51,801 nt of DNA from Ministeria vibrans ATCC 50519 (GCA_943704425.1 CALSCP010000031.1:1-51801), one strand, 5' to 3'; shown: positions 1 through 10,360, counted from the stretch's first letter. The notes: generated from the sequence alone by a model not told the origin. Made by a program: numbers and translations.

Positions 1-657
1 TGACCAGACTCCCGAACGACCTTGCCCTGGTGCACATGGCCCGACATCGCACGCCACAGTCGATCACGTTGCACGTCCTTCAACAGTCGTTTTGCATTAT
101 GATCCTGCAAATCTAGACCGGCAGTAGCACCAGCCCTATCAACAGGCACCTGATTGGCCGCTCCGGCATCCGCGCGCTCCACTCGACGGTCCCGGCCATC
201 GCAACCCAAGCGAATGCACACGCCACTGATTGGCGTCGACCCCAGTAACGCACACCAGTCCCAACGCATTGCCAGCTCTGCCAAATACTCATTGTTCCCT
301 TCCATATTGCCACGCAAACGCTCAAGACCACCACGAGCAATCCCATCAGCACGCTCGTTCCACTCCTCCTCACGCGTCCGAACACGATCCGTCACATGTG
401 CCTTGACGTGCAAAACCTCCGTCTTGGCGTGAAACTCTTCGCGCACCAACAAAACGTCACAGAGCAGACCCAGAGCCATCGGAGAGCACGACCGTGACAA
501 CAGCCGCCGCACACGGCGCGACGACCAAAGAGCCACACGCTCATCCATTGGCTGCAGCAGCCGTACCACTCCATCACGACGCATCTGCCCCATCTCATCA
601 ACCGCCTTGCATAATTCGTTCACCGTGTCCCGAGCAGCGACATTGTCGGTCCAGAGA
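1..657 (-). mobile_element. 5'-truncated retroelement (likely non-LTR) encoding an RNase H domain, fused directly to telomeric repeats; runs off the window edge
   Basis: Manual minus-strand translation from ~657 to 1 is stop-free (~218 aa; missing from the ORF track because it has no stop): LWTDNVAARDTV...EVLHVKAHVTDRVRTREEEWNERADGIARGG. WTDN, HVKAH and NERAD..A match RNase HI motifs (YTDS, WVKGH, GNERAD.LA). The ORF begins mid-domain right at the TTAGGG repeats. Confidence 0.75.
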
Positions 658-677
658 CCCTAACCCTAACCCTAACC
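658..677 (+). repeat. Telomeric repeat (CCCTAA)3+
   Basis: ccctaa ccctaa ccctaa cc seen directly. Confidence 0.9.
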
Positions 678-940
678 GAGACATGAACTTTACGATTGTA
701 TTCAGACGTTTAACACATACTCAAGCAGCTTATGGGGCCCACTCGGAATACATCGCGATCCTCAACACACACATCAAACACAAAAACACACAAGAGGATA
801 CTACAAGCAACACCAAAGAACAAATACCAAAACAACACACATAATATCAAAAACAAACAATCACAAACATTAACAAAACAACACAGACACACACAAAAGT
901 AATAAAACGCGCCACACTAACAAACACAAGAACAAACAAA
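678..940 (-). mobile_element. Putative short retroelement 3' end (3'UTR remnant) between two telomeric repeat blocks
   Basis: 263-bp non-coding, strongly strand-biased segment (CA-rich on +, GT-rich on -) bracketed exactly by CCCTAA arrays; element identity is inferred. Confidence 0.4.
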
Positions 941-971
941 CTAACCCTAACCCTAACCCTAACCCTAACCC
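941..971 (+). repeat. Telomeric repeat (CCCTAA)~5, innermost telomere junction
   Basis: ctaa(ccctaa)4ccc seen directly; C-rich strand on + is the orientation expected for a left chromosome end. Confidence 0.9.
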
Positions 972-1858
972 GAAGTAGTTGTATTAAAAAAAACAAGAAA
1001 CTTTTGTTTAGTGCAAATGATTATAATGCTTGCCATTCTCTCAGTGAAAATTCGAAGATTCCACACAGCAGCCACTAGAATGGGAATAGCGTCACGTATG
1101 TTATCGTCCTGCGCACAGTCTTCAAACAAACCAGGAAGGTGCAACAGGCGCTGTACGACGTAGACCGATAAGAGTGTCAACACACTCATATCTCTTGACC
1201 ACGTTGCTTGCGTTTGGGCACGGACTCACTCCGCCACGGAGTGTCAGACAGCCGTCGAAGCGTGTTTGTGACTGTGTCGTCAATGATGTTGGCGTCTGAC
1301 ACAAATTGAACAGCGCATCGCCTGATCCTTCGCTTGTCTCGAATGTTGCCAATTTCTTTCACACAGTTGAAGGACTCAATCATAGGAGAAAGCCGGTCGT
1401 CCATAGACAATTCTGGCGTTACGGGTGGCATTTGTGTTTGGTTAAAATTGTGTTTTGTTAAATCTGTGTTTTATTGATTCTAACAATGACGTCACTTCTT
1501 CTTTTGTTTGCTCAGCTGTTGCACTCGCTCAGCTGGCTGAAGAACACCGTCTTAAATCGAAAACGCCGGAGGATTGGCCACACCTAAACCCAGAGGGCGA
1601 AGAGGGCGCCGAATAATGCCTACCATTTACCAATTAGAAGAAGAAGAATACAACCCGTATGTTTATGCCGACACAATTAAAACAGGAGTCAAAATCAAAG
1701 AAACAGATAAACTGAGATTGTCAACACCTGCCACAGGTGGACAAGTTTATTGGGTGTGGTTACAAGCGACGCATGGGGCGGCCATTGCGGACCTCTTCTA
1801 CTCGGCTTCCCTGAAAACCATTGACGGAGTAAGTGCTTTCCATTCCCAACACATTGTC
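972..1858. pseudogene. Fragmented spliced gene of unknown function, ending at the telomere repeat; part on + strand (1616-1828), part on - strand (~1355-1033)
   Basis: Minus exons ...TRFDGCLTLRGG|gtgagt..cag|RLLHLPGLFEDCAQDDNIRDAIPILVAAVWNLRIFTERM join in phase 0; the plus-strand ORF ...SLKTIDG ends at a gtaagt donor. Confidence 0.4.
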
Positions 1859-1876
1859 ATTGTGTCGTACTTCTTA

Positions 1877-4119
1877 TCAATCGTCGACGTCGCCTAGTAA
1901 CAAATCATATCTTCCTTTCGGCAGCGGCTTTTTTCCGACGTCTTTTCTTTCCCGCTTCGCCATGTCCTTAGCTTCTCTCTTTTTCGCCCTCTCTTCCCTC
2001 TTGTGAATCGGCCCACATACTGTACGGATGAATTTCCCAATGTCTTTCTCAGTCTCTCCTCGTGGGTAATCGTCGCCTTCTTTCTTCATCAGCTGCAACT
2101 CGTGGTGCAGGTGGACTCCACTACCAACACGAGCGTATCGCAGACCTTGACGACCCCATGGCCCCAGCAGGGATGCGTGCAGGTGCCCGAGCGAAAGGAC
2201 GACCGCGAGCCTACACAAAGACTACAAGATCAGAATCAACTTCATGGAGGGAGAAAGCGTACCACTGATCAACGCCCTTACGCAACGGTCCCGCGCTTCC
2301 ACGTTGAGGTGTGTTGGGTTCTGCACAGGGAGCGCACGACTTGTGAACAGCAATAATCAGGGCAGACACCATAAGCGCACTCATTGGCGGTTCAAAGTCG
2401 CTGGCGTGATGGGCGAGCCAGAGGAAGGCGAGGCCGGGGACGGCGGGGATCGTCGCCGGCACACAGGCGAACTCAGTGGCGCTGATACCACACACTTCAA
2501 GCATAAAGTCTTTGCGCATGGCCACGTCCTTCAGAACAATACTCTCCATGTCAGGGCCATCGCGTAGTTCGTGTCGTGCCGTGAATGTCGTGGCACATTT
2601 ATGGAACGTTTCAACCACGTGTTCCTCGTAGAGAATCCCATGAGCAGCCACGCGCAAAGGCGCCGTCGTTTCCCACGGAGAACAAAAACGGTCGTCCATA
2701 CAAATAAGCATCTCCAGACGGTGACGCTTGCGCGCATCAAACCGCAGCTGTCCAGACGCGTAATACTCTGCGTAAGACTGCGGAAAACTCAACTTGGCTT
2801 TGCAATATGCAACAACATCGCACATCTCCGGACTCGGTTCGTATAACATGCGCGACACGCCCAATGTCGGACACGACCATCCTTTCTCCTAAGAGACATG
2901 AATCGAATAAACTCACAAAACAAAACTTGTTCACCTGTTGGCGAACTTTGTCGGCAGCAGCCTCAAAGCTTGTCCAGGAATCCGATCGGGTGGTGTAATC
3001 GTTCCCAGCAACACAAGCAAACATGGGCATATCTTGCGGATGCAGTTTGAGGGCAGTAGCAAGTGTTCCCGCACTAAAGACACCGGACAATTAGTTCAGC
3101 GATGGTGTTGTGGTGAAATGCTGACGGGAAGAATGCAGAAGCGCAGCCAGTCTTCACGTTAAACTCACGGAACGGCACATAATCAACATCTGCAATGAGG
3201 TAATCGGAATCGTCCGCCAGCACGACCGCGTTGTGCTTTTGGGCCAAGGCGATGACCAGTGCGTCGCCTTCACCAACGGCACACTTGACGGTCACGCGAT
3301 CCTCGTCAGAGGGGAGCTCAAGCACGGCCTATGAGAGGAAACAGTGATTGTAGTATGAAATTAGTTGAAATTAGTTGTATGTGTTTCATCTCTCACGCAA
3401 AATTGCCACAGCCCGACAGTCCATACCTCAGTGGCTACAACTGACAACATTGGTGGCTTGTATATGGTTTTCCCCTCTTCGACAGCCTTCATCTTTTGCT
3501 TGTCCCTATCTTTGATCGTCGCGTCCTTCTCTTCTGGTGCTGCTCCGTCGAGGACGACAGTGACCGCTTCTGCGTGTTTCAATAGATCGAGGACAAATTG
3601 TCGCACTTTGTCGAAGTATAGCATCATGTTTCCGTGCGCTTTGGTGGTGAGTTCGCCGTCTGTTTTACATCTACAAAAGGAAACCAGTTTGAAAACGATT
3701 GTTCAAACGGATAGAAGCAAACCGCGATCAGAATCAACAAGCAGTCATCGGCTGTCATCGACGCCAATGCATTGATCACAGTGCAAGTTCCATGAATACT
3801 TTTGGGCATTTTCGTACGAGACACGACAAAAGAAATACGGTTCAATATACCAAAGTAGGATGTCTTTAGCCAAATGGCAGTCCTGAGCGCTCCCGGTGAA
3901 CGTGAAGCAAAAAAGGAGAAGACTTCTTAGGCAAACATCAAAGTACTTACAGGCACTCGAATACGGCGTGCTTCAGCCCACCGAAGTCAACAATAACATG
4001 TCGCTTGAGCACATCGCCTCTATCATATGCAAGTCAGCTACTGAGGAGGACTTCTCCTCTTTTTATTCTCACTTCTTGGAATACTGCAGCGCAAATTTCC
4101 CGAGCCCCTGGATCCCCAT
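1877..4119 (-). CDS. Asteroid/ASTE1-like XPG/FEN-family PIN nuclease, multi-exon, disrupted at ~3077-3154 as assembled
   Basis: Spliced MGIQGLGK..VIVDFGG..VVLDGAAPEEK..GEGDA..VLADDSDYLI..FACVAGNDY..QW..GVHLHHEL are XPG-N/I and asteroid-type motifs; all introns join in frame except the 3077-3154 junction. Confidence 0.75.
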
Positions 4120-4133
4120 TCTAGAATAAAAAC

Positions 4134-4441
4134 GCCACCCTCAGCCAACACACAGTCTACACAAGGACACCATACACTCATCACCCAAGCCCTGCACACA
4201 TACTATACATCCTGATTTGCAGGGTTAGCAGAGCGAGCATTTCGGTTCACAAAAAACCCTGAGCGGCTCTTACACGAAATTGCCACTCTTAGCCAACACA
4301 CAGCCTACAAAACCACACCAGATATCCAACACTCGATCCCTGCACCCATAATACATTCTATGTTTTGCAGGCGCTGGCGCGCAGGCAGGGTCTCAAAGAA
4401 GAAAAGAAAAAAGAAAAAAAAAGCGAGCTCTTACATGAAAT
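4134..4441 (+). repeat. Degenerate tandem duplication (~150-bp unit x2) upstream of the asteroid-like gene
   Basis: Shared blocks agccaacacacag, ccctgcac, tttgcagg and gctcttaca.gaaat at 4134-4281 and 4282-4441. Confidence 0.7.
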
Positions 4442-4684
4442 CACCCTTCATTAACACGCTAAAACACATACATGCCCAACGTTGTGCGTGAGAGAAACGC
4501 CCCCATTTGCACGGGTTGGCAGAGTTTCGAGACAGTCATTTCAACGCAACAGACACCACGAATACCACACACACTCAACTGTACAACCCATACACGTACT
4601 GTTCGACTTTGTGGTTTCTCTGAAGAAGGCACACGGAGAACTTCGAATAAATCGAACGTGAATGACATCTGATTAAAAGTAGTT

Positions 4685-5553
4685 TCATTTTGGACAGCAA
4701 ATATGGGACAGGCTTAGCAATATTTGAAAACCGAGAGTTACGTACACCGCGACTTGAATTTTGCGTCCTTGATCGTCGTCAATGGGCGTGACAAAATTAG
4801 CTAGAACCAGATAGACAACGTCAACAAATATTGACGAAGCACTAAAACACTTCAAGAAGTCAGTGGTTGTAACAACCACGTCCTTGTTGTAGAATGGAAG
4901 ATGCTGCAGTTTCGTTAAAGGCAACGGTCGAGATTTTTCTCCATAGTAGTGGAGCTTGGCGACCTCCACAATTACAGTGGAGATTAAGAGACAAACGAAT
5001 GGAACCCAATGATAGGGGTGATCATACACTTGTATCACTTTCAAAGCCTTGATTATCACGGAAGCATAAATCAAGAATGGCGACATGACGGTATCAATGA
5101 TTTGATATAAGGAAATGCGCATGTCGTAGTTGCGGACGGTGAAGCCATAGCATAAACCGAGAACTGTCATAGCCTCAATCGCAGCAAACGGTGGTATGCA
5201 AGTAACGTCTATAGATATGACGTATGCAATGGGGTACGCATTACAGACCATGAGACATGCGATACTGGGGTAAACTCCATATCCTGAACGGCGATGAAAA
5301 TTGAAAATACAGAAGAGATGACCCCAAATCCCATGACCATCCAAAGGAACACAGGGCCTTGCAGAGGACCCAATGTATCAATGGAGTGCTTATCATAAAC
5401 AAAAACATAAAACCAAATAGAGATTCCAAAGGCAACTCTGAAGGCATGTAACAAACTCAGTGTGCCTTTTCCCTCATGCTTTAAGTCTCTCATGAGCCAT
5501 ACAACTGGTGCTGGAATTGAAGGTTTTTGGCAGCAAAAGCACGCCATAAACAA
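4685..5553 (-). pseudogene. Multi-pass membrane protein of unknown family, apparent frameshift near 5210-5290
   Basis: Two overlapping hydrophobic ORFs (5209-5553 and 4685-5344) in different frames with several TM-like segments; I found no plausible in-phase intron joining them. Confidence 0.45.
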
Positions 5554-5921
5554 TACGATGACCCAAGGTAAGAAATGCCGTTTGATCCAAATGATCTATG
5601 ATAATGTCCGCATTTTAACAATTTCGCACTCCCGAATTCCCAGGTCAGAGCCCTGAGCCCTCAGGGAAAGAGAGCTGTAGAGTTGTGGAAGCTGGTAAAT
5701 TGTTGTGTTCTTTTTTCGAGGGTGCATTTGGCAAGTTGTCTAGTTTAATCCACACTAATTTGGTGTTTGGCTTGTGTAGGTTAGTCCTGTTAGTGGGGCT
5801 TGATGTGTCTGAGATCAAAATTGATATAATCAGGCAAAGTGAGTGAGTGAGTAAGTCACACATAATTTTTTTTTACTTCCTTCATATACTCTTTGAATGA
5901 GTGTCTTTGGTAAGTGGAAAG

Positions 5922-7755
5922 TCAGTCATATCGGATGACTGTGAAGTCAATCAGCACGTGCTCATCGGTGACCGGATTCTTGCAGACATTCGCGGGCGGG
6001 ACATCTGGGTGTTTGAAGCCCTTGATTTCGGCGGCCTTGGCGAGCACTGCGAGGACACTTTCATTCACTCCCTCTTCTGGAGCAGGCATCAGCACTGGCA
6101 TCAGCACGCCGAAGCGCTGCAAGCCAAATTTGCGCGCATGCACACGACCGCCTGTGAGATGGCCGTTGACTCGATTCCAGACTTTTGCCTCGGCCTCGGC
6201 ACAGTCTTGACAAATCGTGCCTCGGGGGTCGGCGTCAGAACCAAGGGGGCGCATCAGCTTGATCGCAAAGAGACTATACAGGTCGGCGGCAAATGCAAGA
6301 AACACCGTGCCATGGGCGCCCATCTTGATGCGGTGCAGAATCACAATGGGCCCATCGTACTGCTCATCAGGCACTTGCAGATGCAACTTGGTGGGATCGA
6401 TGTTCACGTCTCGCCACAAGTCGCTGCCGTCCTCTGTCTCTCCCAGAACCAACTTGGTCCCTGCGAGCGGCATGCAATCAACAGGGGCCATGACCATCTT
6501 TCGCATAAGCGTGGCGAGCTGAAGTCGCAGAGGGCGGTCGACAATCGAGCCCTGTGCGGCCTCAATTGGCGCCGAGGCGTGCAGTGTGTGTTGGCTGATT
6601 GGTAGGTCCTTTTCAGCAGGTAGCGTGGTTGCCAACTCGTAAGGCGTCGTAGTGAGTGGCTGTGTCGCCGCTTGCGCCACGACCATTTGCCACGTCCCCA
6701 TGCCGGCAGGGCGGGGTTGACTTGTGACCTCCAACGCAATTGCAGTCACCTCGTCAAGGCTGTCCGCTTCAAGCACACGCTGCGCCCAAGTTGTTCCCGG
6801 GCGACTCACTCCAACAATGCGCCAACCAAGGTACGTCGACACCAGTCCAAGAGCCCAGCCCAGCCCTTCAAGGTGCCTACACAAACAAAAAAATTATTAT
6901 GAATCATCGTGTCCCGCACAAAGGCATTTGTGTCGGCATACAGCAGCGCGAGAAGGTACGCCATAATTTGGCCAAGAACCACCTCGTCCTCCAGAGCAGC
7001 CGTTGCGTTTGGACAGGGAACCTTCACTTCCACAACGCCGACGCGACATTTTTGAGGCATCTCGATAAACACTCCGTCCCGTCGCAATCTTGCAGTCAAG
7101 TAGGTCTCTGGGTGGATCTCTGCCTTAGCTTTCAGAGAAGCAGCGATAATGGCGTCTTCCAGTGTTCGGCAGACAAGCCGCGCAATGGAGGTTTCTGTTG
7201 ACCATCCCTTCATTTGTTTTTAGCCATTTAGGTCAGGAGTTCTCCCTGAAGCGGAATTCAGGAATAACTTACAGTAGGCGTCTTTGCCAGACTCGAGATG
7301 CCGTCTGGGAAGCATTCACTCGGGAACGCTTTGGGGAGAATGTCGTTCGCTTTGACAGGTTTGTAATTGCCTTTATGATACGCTGACCTTGTAGATGACC
7401 TCTCGGCAAGACGTGTGAGTTTTGTAGAGATGGTCAAACTCGAGTTGCGCGCCGACGAGGAGAGGCAACGTGCCATGGAGGCAATGCAACGCGCCATGGA
7501 GGAAAAGCAACGCGCCGACAAGATACAGGCGCTGATAGAAGGTTGTTTTTCTTTTCTTTTGCAACAATCACGAATACTGACAAGTGAAATTTAGTCGGAG
7601 ACAAAACAACAATATTGGGTCAAGACGCGTTGTGTTTTGTCTTTTGGTCGCGAACAACTCTTACTCTGCTTCATTTCTTCTGATGCATTGGGCCACTCCG
7701 CGTCTACATCTTTGCGAATCTCCTGCTCATCTCGACGCCTCTTTTTGCTTTCCAT
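5922..7755 (-). CDS. Crinkler-like coiled-coil + PD-(D/E)xK REase + protein-kinase-like protein; exon 2 and part of exon 3 inverted (7380-7630) as assembled
   Basis: WSTETSI..RRDG..VGVVEVKVP..LGQIMAYL..GLVSTY.GWR (REase-like), then MGAHGTVF..AIK..HPDVPPANV..VLIDF (kinase G-loop, VAIK, HxD..N, DF). Exon 1 MESKKRRR... at 7755-7665. Confidence 0.7.
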
Positions 7756-7997
7756 ATTGATGTACTCACAGAGTTTTGAAAAGACACTGAAAATTCAAAA
7801 AAGACAGAAGAAGAAGCAAAAAAAAGTCATGCAATCGGGCTCGCACATAGGCAATGCAATGAGAAGCATGCAACGTTCGTTATCTCACCTGAAGAGAATG
7901 GAGCGAAGAAAAAAGTACAAAGTGGAATTCTGGATTCTGGAATCGGTTGATTATTTTACTCATACTTTCTTTCTTGTCATACGTTCTGACGACTGCC

Positions 7998-10360
7998 ATG
8001 TCTACTCTTACGGACATGCTTACTCGCGACATCGCGGACATTGATCCGACGACGGAGGCTGGTGCCGAGGAGAACGAACCGTCGCGAGGCGAGAAGCGGC
8101 GTCATTCGAATCCTGAATCGGATCCCGCCACTTCCGGCCTGTGTGTAGAGTGCGAGGACCAACCGGCGGCCGTCGTATGTCGCGAGTGTGACGACACTCT
8201 CTGTGACGTGTGTTTTCATGCGCTGCACCGACGAGGGAAGCGTCAGAGACACGAGGTGAATCGAATCACGTCGGCACCCGACGCAACGGTTGTTGCCGCT
8301 GCACAGACTGACGCTGTGGTCGTGCCGACTGCCCCTGCGGCTGGTGATGCGACCTCACCTTTGGCTATGGACACCGGCCACGAGGCGCGTGCGTCGAGCG
8401 ACCTCGATCTGAGCAGCGATGACGATGCGCATGCCGACGACGACGATGCTCGACGACCCGTTGCGATCGAATCGATTTCGACCGACGTTGGACGAGCCGG
8501 ACAGCCCCTGACCGTCTTTGAACGCGCAAAGTACATTCCCCTGCGCCTGGACATGTCGGAGCGCAAGGCGTTGCGGCTGCTCGAGGCGGCACTGAATGTG
8601 TCCGAGTACACTGATCACGTCGATGTGTACTGCTACGGCTCGAAAATGAAGCGCATCCAAACGCAACTGTTGGATATGTGTGCTATCATGAGCGGTCTCA
8701 TGGTGGCTTCAGACTACAAGGCTGGCCAGGAACTCATTTCTACTCGTGAGTTCCAAGAAAATGAGATTTTCTTTCAGGTATGTTTACAGGGCTACAATTA
8801 TCAATCCTCATTTTTCCCCTCCTCCTCTTCTCTTTTTCTCCTGATCAGGAATTCTTTGAAGTGGGACGACGTCACAAAATCTTGAATCCTGAGAAAATGA
8901 GAACAGGTTAGTGATAGGCGGGAATTGGAAGGAATCACCGCAAACTGAGATGAATGAACAATACAAATTAATTATTATGTTAATCTTTTTAGAGTACGGG
9001 AAGCTGGTGCACCTTCTGATGGACAGTGTGTCAGCTGATGTGCGTCAAATGTTGGAGTTCTCGTGCGTGAAGCCCGTTTTGACTGTGCATGCGCAGTTGC
9101 AGTCGCTGGGGGCACTAGCGATGCTTCGTGAGCCCGACATTGAGACGGCTACAATGGACATTCTGCCGGGGAACAAGGACCGTCCGACCATTGAGAGCGA
9201 GATCAAGGCCAAGGAGCGCGCCATTGAGCGGCTCGCGCGTAAGTACGCCCGTGCAAACTGTTCCAAGGACCAAGTGAGGTACGACTTGATATCACCCTTT
9301 GTGTGTTTGTTTTTGCGTCGCCTGAAGTGTCACCTGTGCTTGCAGACACTGCCTGTACAGCATTGCGGACAACAACTCCTACCTCAGCGGAAATCGCCTT
9401 CCAGTGGATCGCATGATTGGCTATCTTGAGCACTACTTCGACCCTGAGACGGTTGCGATTGAGCGACGCGCGGACGGAGCGGAGACGGAATACTCATTGG
9501 CGATTGCGGCGGGACGACGAGGCGCGCGTCTTTCCCACTCGCACCGTCAGCAGTTCCACTACGTGCGCCAAACCCTCTTGCTCTGGCGCAACGTGCTTCA
9601 TGACATGTACCGCCTGTGGCATTTGGCTGGTACTACACTGCTGTGGCTCAGCTCGCATCATTCATTCACCTCTTGCTTGCTCGTCCATAGAAAACGACCT
9701 GCTTGACGAGCATAATCACTACCGCCTGTGCAACACCGGTCAAGGTCTCAACCGCGTGCAGTCTGCCCCGCGCATCTCCCGTGCCATGCACTCGCTTCTC
9801 CACGAGACCCAGCGCGTATGCCTGTCCCAACCCCACAGTATAATCATATTATTATTTTATTCAAATTGTCTTTTGTCCGTAGACGGTGGACCACTGGGTG
9901 GGCTCGAGTGTGATTCATTTAGGCGATCACAATGTTCCGAATGCGTTGATGTTCATTGACAAGTACACGCAGATCCCGCGCATTCTCTCTCCACTCGTGC
10001 TCGTCCTCGAACACATCCCCCGTCTCGAGGGTCCCGAGTTCAACCGTGGCAATTCCGCCATGCGTGACCTTGTCGCCACCTTTGGGGTATACTGACTCAC
10101 GATTGCTCTCACGATGAAAATGTGTTGATTGTTGTGCACTTTGACAGGGATGCGAGAAGCTGCGACGTACGATTCTCGTGGACTTCTTCCGACATGCTTT
10201 TGACGGGAGTGGCGCCAGCAACTTCTTTGATGCAGGCTCGTGCATCGACGGGCGTCTCACCAGTGCTTGGAACTGGTGCTCGTCTATTGAGAAGAAACCC
10301 TACTTTCCCGTCTTCCTTGTGTGTGGCTTCACCAGCTTCGACGGTGACTGGCAGCGATGA
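7998..10360 (+). CDS. UPF0652/DUF2009 protein with N-terminal B-box-like zinc finger (multi-exon)
   Basis: CVECEDQPA..CRECDD.LC.VCF..LHRRGKR..H; ERAKYIPLRL..ERK.LRLLEAALNVSEYTD; HLGDHNVPNALMFIDKY; DFFRHAFDGSG..NFFDAGSCIDGRLTSAWNWCS. Confidence 0.85.

Noticed and set aside
5440-5610. Plus-strand CAAG|GTAAGA donor near a minus-strand acceptor, suggesting a fourth inversion
   Set aside because: I could not find breakpoints that restore a convincing open frame with a start codon
7637-8044. 135-aa plus-strand ORF
   Set aside because: Spans the antisense of kinase exon 1, a likely UTR intron and promoter; low complexity
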